DNA of 55,675 nt, filler included, from Sphacelaria rigidula (lineage: Eukaryota), in assembly GCA_964200075.2 (NCBI GenBank). It is 5 parts of 5 records of this genome, joined end to end, with 100 filler letters (N's around TTAATTAATTAA, not from the genome) between each part and the next. Parts side by side here need not be neighbours in the genome. Positions count along the whole stretch, not along the records: positions 33,468 to 44,521 come from CAXNAA020005468.1; positions 44,622 to 55,675 come from CAXNAA020005469.1; 3 more parts are not named here. One strand, written 5' to 3'. Under the pieces are notes generated by a model. That model was given only the letters and a program-made list of their open reading frames with translations. It was not told where the DNA came from and made no database searches. Positions within the stretch are counted from its first letter, which is position 1. Every line of letters starts with the position of its first letter. Made by a program: the position numbers and the translations under genes. Of this stretch, positions 37,020-48,643 are shown one piece after another.

Positions 37020-37640
37020 GTTTGTCCTACCATCCTGCGTCGGATAGACGCTTACGAGCCGGGAACTTACCAGGCAGGGGAGACGTCCGGAGGGAAGTCA
37101 GGCCCTGGCGAGACGTCCCGAAAGTGCGGCACGCGGGTGTCGGGCAGATGGCGGTGGGTCCCACCGGAACACCACGGAGAACCAGGTCATTAGTCCCGGA
37201 GTGACATCGCCAGGACCTCATAATCCCAACTGAACGTCCCGGCGAGACCTGAATGTTGCCCCGGGACGTCTCGGATGGGTCTGGACACCCCCCGGGAGTT
37301 TCCCCCGATACCTGGACGTCCCTTCGGAGCCTTCCGTCTCAGTGGACATCTTGGGGGGAACATCCGGGTGTCGAGGTGTGTCTACCAGGGACCGGACGAT
37401 CCAAAATAACGTACCGGCGGGACGTCCGCGATTCCCGATATGTTCGAGAATTGTCCCAGGATCCAGGCGGACGTCCCTCTAGGACATCTCTCCGGGACGT
37501 CACTCAAGTGTCGAGGGAACTTCGCATAGATATTCCATCAGGGTATGTGGTCCCAAAATAGATGTCCCGAGAGAACGTCGAATTTCTCACGAGGAGTTCT
37601 GAGGAGGCGTCTAGATCCCGGAGGGACCTGTCAGTGGGGT
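37020..37640. repeat. GACGTCC/CCGGGAC-rich repeat, probably DNA-transposon subterminal repeats
   Basis: Many dispersed GACGTCC and CCCGGGA motifs in both orientations; termini not resolved. Confidence 0.5.
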
Positions 37641-39767
37641 GCAAATTTGAAGATGAGATATCACGATCGCAATAAGAACAGAGACGGTCATTTTACGATA
37701 TGGCATCAAGTCCGTGTCTTGGGAATAATCCATTGATTATCGAGCAATAACGTCTGACACCGGCAAATATGAGCAGCTCATGCGGCATATCGTCGGCGAG
37801 CTCAAACAGGGAAAACTCGGAGATGCCGTCAGTAAACTAGCTGAGAGCTTCGCTGACATTCTCCTGAGGTTCGCCAAGATAGTGACGTCATGCTTTGTAA
37901 GACAGTATTATGTAAAAGGAAAGATTCGATGATGCGGTGATACGAACCGAGTTTGGGCCTGGAATGAGCGAGAGAGAGCGAGGTCAGCGTTACAAATGAG
38001 GCCGTCGTCCCACATGACATACCTTGTGTGCAGCATGCAGGAGGATCAGTGAGGTGATCCAAGCGGGATTGGACAGGTACCCGGTACCTTCACGTATAGG
38101 GGGAGGACATGGGGGCGTACACTGAAGTTGGGGACATAAAGGGCCGGGACGGACACCTCAAAGAAAGGAGGATGGAGGCTAGCAGGGAGGAAACTGGAGA
38201 GTGAGCGGTATATTAAGAACGAGGGCAGGAAACCGCGACGGCACAGCAGCCCAACATATGAAGGATGGAAATGATTCTTGCCTACATTGCAGAATACAAA
38301 ACCAATAAACATCGACCCATCCTTAATCGAGATCGTTACACTACGGTCGAAAGTCACGTCACTTGCAGACCCACCTAAACTTGATGCAGCAAAGAGTGTG
38401 ATGAAGCTCGGAGGCGTTGAAAGATATACGCTGTGCGGATCTGCTCGTAGATCCCGAGTTCCGTGACGCGTTGTTACCACGATTGCTACTGTCTTTAGTT
38501 AGGATTGTTCGGGAGCAGCCAGAGGCCGCCCCGACCCACCTCGATCAGTTACTGGCCTTGCCTCGGTCTACCCTGGGTCATCCCTACGCTCTGCTCCTAT
38601 GGCTGCGCCGCGGCTGTACTGAGTAAGAGGTGCTTGTGGATATAACATGACGCTATGAAACACGTGAGTTCCCGATCAGCAGTATACATGAATGAACCTA
38701 CTCTGTGATTGTTCATGATGGATAGCTATAGGTCGTACGGTGTGCCCACGTGAGAGCTTGGTTAGCTGAACCAATGGTATCTCCTGGTGGTACTCGTACT
38801 GAGAGACCTTAGCCAGTGCATTAGCCATCCCATCATCATGACAAGACGCACTGAGAGCTACGCAGAGTGATGGAGCCGCACGGGCTGCTTGCTGAACTCC
38901 TCAAGCTTGGATTGCTCTAGCAGCCTTCGGAGATATTGTACCGCTCCCACAGCATTGTCGTTGTTGATTGGATGTGTGATGAGATGCTGCAGGAGTAGAA
39001 GGAAACCATAGCCAAACTAATGCACAAGAAGGATGGTACGAAGTGTGGTAACTATAGGGGCATCTCCCTCGTGGCGCATGGTGGTGAAGATCTCAAAATC
39101 TCGCCAGCTGGCTCGGTATTTCTCACGAGAAGGCAGGAATGTTCCCGTAGAGAACTGTGTGGGTTCCCACGCCAATGATCGGCCACAGATGCGATGTTCG
39201 TGATACGCCAACTACGGGAGTAGGGATAGAGGAGTAACATCCCACTGGATACAAGCTTCATCGACTTGCAGAAGGCGTGCGACTCCGTAGACCGCACGCC
39301 CTTCCGGGAAGTACTCGCCTGATTCAGAGTCCCGCCGCAGATGATGAAGGCCATCCGTATGTTCCACGTTGGCATGAGAATTCGGATACAGCAAGGTGAT
39401 GGCGAACCATCGGAGAGGTTCCACGCGTGCCAAAGATTCAGGAGAGGGTGCGTTGTATCCCCGCCGCTGTTCACGATCTTCGACGCAGCACTGATCAATA
39501 GACCCTTCCAGGTTTTCGCAACACGTCCGGCTATCGTCATAGCTATGGTATATATAGCTAGATGATGCACGAAGAGGAGAAGAGGCAACTCCGCAGAAGA
39601 GACGCCACTGGAGAGAGTCTGGCCTGCGAGATGAGAAAATACGCGGATGATGCTAGCATAGCCTTGAAGTCCCCAGACGGGTTTGCTAAGATAGCGGCTA
39701 CGATGGTGGTGGCCTGCCAGAAGTTCGGGCGAGCGGCATCAGAGAGCGAAACAGAATCCATGCACCT

Positions 39768-40027
39768 GGGGGTGATCGCCTATGCGCATTCTCCATGTTC
39801 TGGAACGTCCCTAGACTATGCTACGTTACGGACTAGGTAAACGACGTGCGTACAGCGTGAATCGGATTGTGATCGCACGCGTTGTCGCGTTGTGTGACCG
39901 TTGTAAACCCGCCTGTACCCTGGGACGTCCGTTTTGCAACCCGGTCCATGTTGTACACATGCTCGTTAACTTATCGATAACCTAGGGACGCTCCACATTA
40001 CGGAAAGGTGTACCAGCGGCCACCCGA
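39768..40027. mobile_element. Degenerate TIR insertion in the RTE
   Basis: TGGAACGTCCCTAG versus CTAGGGACGCTCCA inverted; the RTE reading resumes afterwards. Confidence 0.55.
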
Positions 40028-40435
40028 GCCAGATTGGTATCCGGTTCCACAGAGACTGCCCTGCACATCAAAGCAGGAAAACGGTATTGGGAAACGGCCG
40101 AGTTTGTCGACCATGGTGGTGCCATAAGTGTAGACACGAGCGCTTTGTCAAAATCAAGCGCCGCATCAACGCTGCTTGGGCACATCTCCGAAAGTACATA
40201 TCCCAACTCCACGAGCGACTCAATGTCCGCAACTGTCTCGAACTCCGACTGTTCCAAGCAAATATGGTGGAAGCTCTGCTATATGTGTGTTCTACTTGGA
40301 CGCTGCGCCCCCAGGACTTTGAGAACCTGCGCGCCGCCCACCACAAGTTCTCACCCCGAGCAGTTGGCTTCCGCAGGAAGGATGGTACTGGACACAAGAC
40401 ACAGTCGTGCAGAATTGTGTTTGACATGATCCAAT

Positions 40436-40783
40436 AACAGACAATTCTATAAAATGAGGTTGTACACTAAAATGAGGTTCAAGCCCAAAACAGTGCTCCC
40501 CCCACATTTACAGCTATGGCGCCCAATGACTTGGCAGTCGGCCTACTGCCCCTCGATCGCGTAGATGCTTTTTCAGCGCGTGGGATCAGGGGAAATGACG
40601 GTTTCGGTCCGCGCGGGAAGCTCACAGAGTCGGCAAAATGCGCTGAAGAAGCATCTACGCGATGGAGGGGCATTAGGCCGGCTACCAAGTCACTAGGCAC
40701 CATCGCTGTAAGTGCGGGGAGAGCACTGTTTTGGGCTTGAACCTCATTTTAGTGTACAACCTCATTTTATAGAATTGTCTGTT
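40436..40783. mobile_element. Young MITE, ~65-bp near-perfect TIR, 4-bp TSD CAAT
   Basis: AACAGACAATTCTATAAAATGAGGTTGTACACTAAAATGAGGTTCAAGCCCAAAACAGTGCTC and its reverse complement, with CAAT at 40432-40435 and 40784-40787. Confidence 0.92.
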
Positions 40784-40922
40784 CAATGCTTGCGTATCGA
40801 GACAACCAGCCGAGAGAGTCGACTTTGGTTCGCGAGAGCCCTTGTCCGACATGAGACACGCGTCTTCCGAAGCGCATCATGGTCGGACGGTCGGTGGCAC
40901 AACGGTCAAAGGAGGCTACTTG

Positions 40923-41255
40923 CACACGCGGCCATTTGGCTACAGCCAAAAATGCCTCCGGAGGGATGCGCGGCCGTCCAGGGGGAAAATAAGCCTCCGA
41001 AGGCCTTCAGTCCCTCTGAAAGAAACCAAACTTTACCGACTCTGAGGGCCGTGCACCCCTCCGGAGGAATTCGGGGGTATGCCCGGCCCTACAGAGGCAA
41101 AAATAAGCCTCCGGAGGCGTTCAATCCCTCTGGAGAAAACCACAAGATCTCCTCTGGAGGACCGCGCACCCCTCCGGAGGCGTTTAATCCCTCTGGAGAC
41201 TCGAAAGGTTTACCCACCTGGAGGAATTTTGGAGGTAGCCAAATGGCCGCGCGTG
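40923..41255. mobile_element. CACACGCGGCC MITE (2-bp TSD TG)
   Basis: Same TIR and body as 29878; TG on both flanks. Confidence 0.88.
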
Positions 41256-42289
41256 TGGCTTTCCAAACACTCGGGGGATCCCCAATCAGGAGAAGATGAG
41301 TGCCTCAAGAACTATCCAACCCAATTGATGGGCGAAGGAAGCGGTTTGCCTACGGTATGAAAATTCAATACTGCCAAGATTGGGTCACTGCCGCGAGGGA
41401 CGTGGGCAAGTGACACGTGAGGATCGAGAAAGGCGCTGCAGCGTTCCAGAAGGCTTGGCGGCGGGAACACCTGCGCCAATCCGAACTCACGTCACAAGCA
41501 AGAGGCTGTTGCGCCAAGATCCGAGTGGTTCTACGTTAGGCGTTCACGCTTTTTTCTGAGGCTCTGCACATTAGGAGCCTCTCGACGACACACACCTGGG
41601 CCTTAGACCCCTTATTATCGACTCTGTTTTTTCGGAGATCTCCGAAATTGTGGGGACTGGTAAGGTACCTGATGGTTCTCGAATGTTTGCGAGCGCCACG
41701 GCGTGTTCACAGGGCAGCTCTCCAAAGTGCTGCGTTGCAGTCCGAATGTTTCCACTTCTCCAAAAATGAAGCTTCGGAGTAAAAATCAAGTCGCTTTATT
41801 CCCGGACAAGTAAGTCTAAGCGCAGAGTCCGAAGACTCTGAAAATTTCTGAGATCTCTGAAAACAACAGTGTCGACAATAATGAGCCTTAGTGTGCAGCC
41901 TCAGAAAACTTGCTGTACTAGAAAAAAGAAAAAAAGTACGCCCCTACCGTAGAATCCCTCGACGGCCAAAAGCAGGGCCGCCACGGTTAGCATACAGTAA
42001 TAAAGGTAACAATCCGCGAGGGATCTAACATGGAAATGGTCTAGAAAGTGGCTCGCGTCGTCCCTTACTCGGAATGATCGGAGGAGGTGGAGGTAGCACG
42101 TCCAAGCTGATGTACCCGTTTCGTTTTGCTCTATCGGTTTCGTGGCCGCTTTCCTTGGCCAACAACCTTCGTGATGTTCTCTAGCTGCGTTCCTATGCAT
42201 GTTTGCTTCGTCTTTGAACCCTTCTCTTCTCCCTTACTTCCTTGTACTTGCGTTTTCCTACATTCATCCTCCCTTTTTCCCCCACTCCA

Positions 42290-42492
42290 TATCTCTGTCC
42301 CTCTGTCTCTCTGTCTCTCTGTCCCTCTGCCTCTATGTCTCCCTGTCTCTCTGTCTCTCCTCCTCTCTCTCTCTTGCGTTTTGTTGTCTTTGTCGTATTT
42401 TTTCTTCGTTTTGCTTTTGCTCCATACAGAACTCGGTTTGCTTTGTTGTTGCTGCTGTTGCTGTTGCTGTTGCTGCTACTGCTGCTGCTACT
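42290..42492. repeat. Simple repeats: (CTCTGT)n-like and (GCT/GTT)n
   Basis: Low-complexity runs. Confidence 0.85.
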
Positions 42493-42660
42493 GATATTTT
42501 GGTTATTGCTCATGTTATTTCTGCACATTAACTTACGTCATGTTATTTTCTTCTGCACGAAAAGTAGTACTTGACAGGAATTCGAAAATGCCCTCGACAA
42601 ATGTACTCAACACGTATCTACACTCCCGTTTTCCCGACCGTATGGCGTCTTCCTTCGAAG

Positions 42661-42805
42661 GAGTTTTTATGCGCCATCAACGGTCACATAATGAAGCAGC
42701 CTGCCCGATCTCCTCACGGACACGTGTTCGAGATGACCACTATCCTTCTATGGCTCGAGTCACAGGGCCTGATGTGCCCCCTCACCGGAAAACCCTTGCG
42801 CACAG
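42661..42805 (+). CDS. Exon encoding a U-box domain (E3 ubiquitin ligase)
   Basis: TCGAAG acceptor and G|GTAAT donor. EFLCAINGHIMKQPARSPHGHVFEMTTILLWLESQGLMCPLTGKPL matches the U-box pattern F.C.I...M..P.....GH.FE...I..WL.....CP.T..PL. Confidence 0.85.
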
Positions 42806-43664
42806 GTAATACACCCCTTGACGCCAGACCTTTTCTCGGGACGATACCGCCGGCTGACCTTCGACCGCGGAGAATTCGGGAATCTATACTGCCGAGTAGA
42901 CGCCATACAGAAGAAATAAATACTACAGAGTGGTAATGATTCGCAAGTAGGTTGACTAGCTCGAAGGGGCTATTCTGCAGTCAAACAATCATCAATGATC
43001 TCTATATCAGAAATGAAAAGTAAGAAGGGCCAATCTACACGGGGGCACAAGTACGACACTCTTGGGAGGCGAAAACGCTCCGTCAACACGTCACACGATG
43101 CTATGGGATATAGTATTGTTGGCACAACGTCCATAACATAATGGAGATGGGGCAACGCAAGACTTTCGCACCAATAATTGTAGGTGAAGTGATCTGGGTG
43201 CCGGTTGTCAATATGTTCTCGATGTGAGCTCGATGTATGCTCGATGTGTGCTCGATGTTTCCGCGAAATGCCAAACAACGAAAGCGAGCGGAAACAGGAT
43301 AGAGGATTTCAGTACCTTGGTCGCCGTCTTGAATGGTCCTGAAACCATCCAGTTACCGTTTGAAACTACAACAACAGGAGCAGAGTCGCAAGGTATTCTG
43401 CGAATACTGTCTTTACCCGGTTGCACGGCAGAGTGTTTTCCTTGCGTAGAAGCACTGCAGACACATCACGGTCTCGCACTATCGTGCAACCTCCATCTAG
43501 AATGTGGATATCCCGGATAGACATCTCAGATGGATTCCCATGTCCCAGATGGCCCCAGATGGATGTCCATGATCCAGACAGACATCCTAGCTGGATCTGA
43601 AATGAAAGTCGGGGCGCAACCTGGGCGAATTTTGTAAATATGTCAAGGATTTGTCAAAAAATAA

Positions 43665-44521
43665 ATTTCGGGACACGTAGCGGCGTTGGCGGGTGCGGTC
43701 AGCTGCCGTGTACAGGGATCCTTGGCGTGGAGACCGCTGTGATGACGGACACGCGGCCCCCCCCAACTCATCACCCACCATCATTACATTTATGGGGTCA
43801 TAGTCCGTGTCGTGTGCCTCGACTACCTACGACTAGAAGTCCGGGAAATTTTGGCGAGGCATGAGATAACAATGTTGCTACTTTGGCTACAGGCTGTCGC
43901 TACCGTACGCTCGTGTATTATACGTAGAACAATGTTTTCGTGAGATTGAGAGAAGAGGATACGATTGAGAGTAAAAAGCGGTCAATTAGTGAATGAATCA
44001 TTTCAGCTCCGAAATGCCCCTCCACGAGGCCCGGTATGCTTTCTGTAATAGCTTGCCACTGAGGCCCTCGATATCCCTGAGTAGGATATTGACGTGTAGC
44101 TATAAGCACACGCCAGTGACGGAGGCAAAGAAAAGTGCACACGAAATGAGAAATTGGCTGAGTTAAAGTGAATGATCAAAACCACTCTCGGTCAGCGCTC
44201 TACTCTCAATCTCACGATAAAGTTGTTATAGATGTGTGCGAGCGTCGCCGGCATCCGAGGTCATTGGGACAGGGTGGGCAAGGAGCACAAGCAAATATAA
44301 GAACCTCGCAGAGCCCGCCAGAATTTTCGGTTTCTGTCAGTGTTTATTGATCAATTTATTTCAACAATTTCAACAAAAAAACAAAGAAAACACACAAAAA
44401 AAACACAAAACAAATGTCAAAAATCACGATAATTCTCGAAAGATTGCCCTCCGGGGGGGGGGGGGGGGGGGGGGTACTTGTTTGTTGCGGGGGTGGGGGG
44501 GGGGGGGATTGACCGGGGGGG
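43665..44521. repeat. Dispersed repeat family (copies 44680-45170 and reverse about 19850-20060)
   Basis: GCGTTGGCGG.TGCGGTCAGCTGCCGT...TTGATCAATTT...AAAATCA.GATAATT.TCGAAA shared between copies. Confidence 0.8.
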
Positions 44522-44621
44522 NNNNNNNNNNNNNNNNNNNNNNNNNNNNNNNNNNNNNNNNNNNNTTAATTAATTAANNNNNNNNNNNNNNNNNNNNNNN
44601 NNNNNNNNNNNNNNNNNNNNN
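44522..44621. other. Artificial contig linker
   Basis: N44-TTAATTAATTAA-N44. Confidence 0.98.
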
Positions 44622-44679
44622 AGACGGAGCAAGTTTTTGAGGGGGGGGGGGGCACCCAGCCTGCTGCCCCCTTGTTTAT

Positions 44680-45170
44680 TGCCGAGGCGTTGGCGGATGC
44701 GGTCAGCTGCCGTATAGAGAGATCCTTGGCATGAAGGCCGCTGAGATGACGGACACACGGCCCCTCCAAGCTCATCACCTACATTTATGGGATCATGTTC
44801 CGTGTCGTGTGCCTCGACTTTAATACCTACCACCAGTAGTCTGGGAGAATTCGGCGAGGCGTGAGATCATGTTGCTACTTTGGCTACAGGTTGTCGCCAC
44901 CGTACCCTCGTGTATTGCACAAAGATGTGCGTGAGCGTTGCCGGCATCCGAGATCACTGGGACAGGGCAGGCAAGGAGCAGAGGAGCAAATATACGAACC
45001 TCGCGAAGCCCACCAAAATTTTCGGTTGTTGTCAGTGTTTGTTGATCAATTTCTTTCAAAAATTTCAACGAAAAAGAAAGAAAAAAAAGAAAAAAAACAG
45101 AAAAAAAAAATCATGATAATTATCGAAAAATTGCCCTCCGGCAGGGGTACGGGGAGGGGGGCCGGGGGGG
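44680..45170. repeat. Copy of the 43665-44521 repeat family
   Basis: Colinear similarity, but lacking the segment at about 43920-44225. Confidence 0.8.
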
Positions 45171-48066
45171 GCTCTGTGTCCATAAATTTTATTTCGACAG
45201 ACCTTTGAGATATCCGATAATGATCATAGCTGGTGCTATGATCAGATTTTGCTCCGCTCGACCGCGGGGAATAGAGACACTTCTCCATAGTCGGTTATTT
45301 AATGAAATCTGCATACCCTGTAAGACCTCAAATCTCATTAACATGTTGATCCCGGAGTCAGGTGTAGCGCTTCAAACTTTGACATCGACCTTACGAAGAC
45401 GTGAACACAGTGGCCGCATCACCAGGTTTGGGATGCGTGAAGAGCGGAAGGAAACTTTCGGGCGGGTCCGAGCTTGGTCGTTCTTTATATGGTGTATTTT
45501 TTTATTTCAGAAGCAAAGCTGAACACAACCCATGCAAGCGTCGCGCGGAGTGTCTGATTGGAGTCAACGAAGCATCTCTACGACCCCCTGCCCGTGTCTC
45601 TCCAGGGAATGAAACAAAGGTTAAAGGTTACGAAAACTCGGAAGTTGACAACGCTGAACGAACACGTGATACAGTTCCCTAGCCCCCCGCGACTCTCCAC
45701 TTCCACCCGACGGTACAAGATATGCATGAGTGCAGCGCGTGACACTAGAAACCACCCCGGCTCAGCCTTGTGCTCCATGGACCACGGTAGATTCAATTGC
45801 GATGGCCGCACCTAGACTACCACTGTACACACTCCAAGACGCGACGGCCCCCATGCCCTTGCTAACTGTTGCGGAGGACGACTGACAGGGTCCAGAGGAG
45901 GGGGTCCTACGAGATGAAGCACAGACAGCCGGATGCTTGGACCGAGAAGAAGAGACCGTAAGAGTTGGAGAGCGGGCGACCAGCCGGCTGGGCCCACAGG
46001 AGAAGACCGTAAGTATTGAACTAGGCACCACATCCCCGCGACCATCTCGCCTCTGTTTCATGCTGTGTCCATGCCTTCCGTCCCGCGCCTCCCTGCCTCC
46101 CCCCAGCCCGCTGCTGCTATCGAGTGTTCGCTCGCGCTACGCGGCAACGGCCGCCTCGTTGTTCCATCGTGCCGCCGCCCGTGCGCAGCGGCTTTTTGCG
46201 CTACAACAGCGGTGACCTCCTTGTCCGCCCGTGCCGACGCCCTTGCCAAGATATCTGCTGCCTGTTTCTCGACCTCGGCATCCTTTTCCTATTGCTTCTT
46301 ACTCCGCCAAGCGTTGAGAACGCGAATACAGTACTCCCTTCGTTATGACCTGATCATACCGTACATATTTCCCCTCGATGTACCCCCCAACAAAGACGAC
46401 GTTGACGCTGAGGTCGCCTTTGATGTGGTCAGTGGTCAGAACTTGCCGCTCCGCGAGGTTGTCCAGGCTATCACCGATTCGTTTGACGTTCACGAGCAAA
46501 ACAATATCCCCTCGAAAGACGGGCGTTCGAATGATCGCGCCTTGCGTTTGTTTCCTCTCGAACTCAACCTGTTGATAATGCTGCTGACCATTTTCCTCCA
46601 AGAAAATGCCCGACACCTTACAGACCGCCGCGCCCCCGGTGATCTCGTGGAACAACTGGCACTGTTAACGAGGAAAAATCGCGGCTTCGATTCCCGCCAT
46701 ATGTGTATTTTGTTTTTCTTCGAAGAATCTGGTTCCCGTTGAAAAAAGCGCGAGAGCTTGAGTAGAAAAATATCTTGTTTTGTTGAGTTTGTTTGGTGAG
46801 AGTTGACGCGGCGCGGGAGTGCCGGCCCAAACCCGCGACACCCAAAATTCAAGGCGTGTACCGGGGGACACAGAGAGGTAAATATCTCGAGACCACGATC
46901 TCGTCCCGACGAAGAGGAAGATATAAAAGTGTGGCGAGAAAAACACGAAAAAAAGGTTCTGCCCTAGACAAAGGCGTTTCTGTCATATCAGGTGGATTTG
47001 GGTGTCATTTGGGAGCATTTTCGACTGTCTTCATACATGCCGCGCACCCGCATCCACGTGGAAGCGCTGAAACAGGCTTTTGGAGCAAACCAGAGGGAAC
47101 ATGCGTTTGTTCGGAGTGCAGCTGCAACGTTTGGGGTAAGTCTGAGCTCTCTGCCAGTTCCCGTGAGTCGAAAGTTGTCGGTGGGTTCTCGAACCAGGGC
47201 GAGATTTCTTCAACACCTTTCAAGCCGATTTCAGCTGATAGAGGGCTCTGGTTGACCACAAAGGTTCCAGCCGTCAATCTGAGAGACTCATCGTCCCTCT
47301 GAACCGCTTCGCCGCTTCTGTTTCGATACGGGCGCACAGCAGAACAGGAACTAGCCGAAAATCTTATTTATTCCTTAGAATAAATTGATGTGTGGAGTAA
47401 GAGGGGACACAAATTAGTGTCTCTTCGTATCCTTCATGTCTTAACATCCGTATCTACTAGTTCTCTATCGTCCTATTTCGTTGTAGCATTTCCCAGCCGT
47501 GTGTGAATATGTATGTTTCCATGTAGGTGTTGATAGATATCCTTTCGAAACAATTTTGCCCGACGTCATGCGGGGACATGCACAGAACAATGAGCAGCGG
47601 TAAATGGTAGTGGCTCGGACATGCAATGTTCTGTCGGATGCGTGTCGATTTTAAATATAGGATTTCCACCAACACATCTGCTTTTGTATTTCATGGGGAC
47701 CAGTCATTCGTGTTCTTATTTCCCTTCCCCCTTCCTTTCTCTTCCCCGCTTTGCTGTTTTGTTATCTTTATCTTTTTCACCCTCTGTTTGCTGCGACTAG
47801 TCGCGGCACTCGCCGTGGAGGACGCGGCGGTGGCTACGGCGGGGACGAGGCAGTCGCACCGATCATGCCAACAAGAACAGCAACGTGCCGACATTGACAG
47901 CTGTTCTGACGATGGCCACGAAACCTGGGGGTGCTGTTCGCTTCCTGAACAAAAGATGTGCTGCATGGTCCATTCCGGCATGACACATCAGGGATCTTCG
48001 CGGCCTCGTGCCCCTCGCAAGTCTCACTGTCCACATGTCAAACTCATTCCTTCCACAATCGATCAT

Positions 48067-48173
48067 GCCGGGATTCGAACCGTATATCTTTTGTTCACGG
48101 AGCGAACAGTTTACCCATTGAACCAGTGAGGAGCCCTCACTGGGTCAATGGGTAAACTGTTCGCTCCCTGAAC
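48067..48173. repeat. Head-to-head tRNA-like SINE heads forming a ~39-bp-arm hairpin
   Basis: GTTCACGGAGCGAACAGTTTACCCATTGAACCAGTGAGG / CCTCACTGGGTCAATGGGTAAACTGTTCGCTCCCTGAAC. The minus copy reads TGGTTCAATGG...GGTTCGAATCCCGG. Confidence 0.75.
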
Positions 48174-48487
48174 GGGTGCCCTATCCGCTGTATCAACATC
48201 GGAGACATAGATATGTTTCCACTGTGAAGAGTCTGGCCACATTAGCCTTTACTGTCCGACGATCAAGTGCAGCAAATGTGACCAGCCGAGCGATGTTGCA
48301 CCCGACTACCCAAGACCGGCAATAGTAGCCCTGTCCGTACAAGACATGCGCTTCAACCACATCCACGGGGCATTCTTGGCACAAGAGACCACCGGCGAGA
48401 TAGTGTCATTGATCGGAGTAAAAGAGGGGGCTGGGTTAGCACAAGCTGAGCGTGAGGGGGGAGAGGTTTCGATAGCAGATGCAATAG

Positions 48488-48643
48488 TTGGACATCGTGC
48501 ATGACTACTCCTGTGAAGGAAGCTATGCACAACTATGTCAAAACCGACGGTGGAGCTGGGTTGGGCATCGTGCATGACTTCTCCTGTGAAGGAAGCTATG
48601 CACAACTATGTCAAAATCGACGGTGGAGCTGGGTTGGGCATCG
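48488..48643. repeat. 73-bp tandem duplication (another ~58-bp duplication at about 48748-48856)
   Basis: CATCGTGCATGACT.CTCCTGTGAAGGAAGCTATGCACAACTATGTCAAAA.CGACGGTGGAGCTGGG occurs twice. Confidence 0.9.

Larger units (their letters stand above)
38800..41520 (+). mobile_element. 5'-truncated degenerate RTE-clade LINE (RT and C-terminus), interrupted by three MITEs
   Basis: HKKDGTKCGNYRGISLVAHG; FIDLQKACDSVDRT; AIRMFHVGM...RGCVVSPPLFTIF; KYADD; IKRRINAAW...EALLYVCSTWTL; RLWFARALVR...RLPKRIMVG. Boundaries approximate. Confidence 0.9.

Noticed and set aside
43665..45170. Same repeat on both sides of the fourth linker suggesting contiguity
   Set aside because: The copies are diverged, the family also occurs at about 19850, and contigs commonly break at such repeats.
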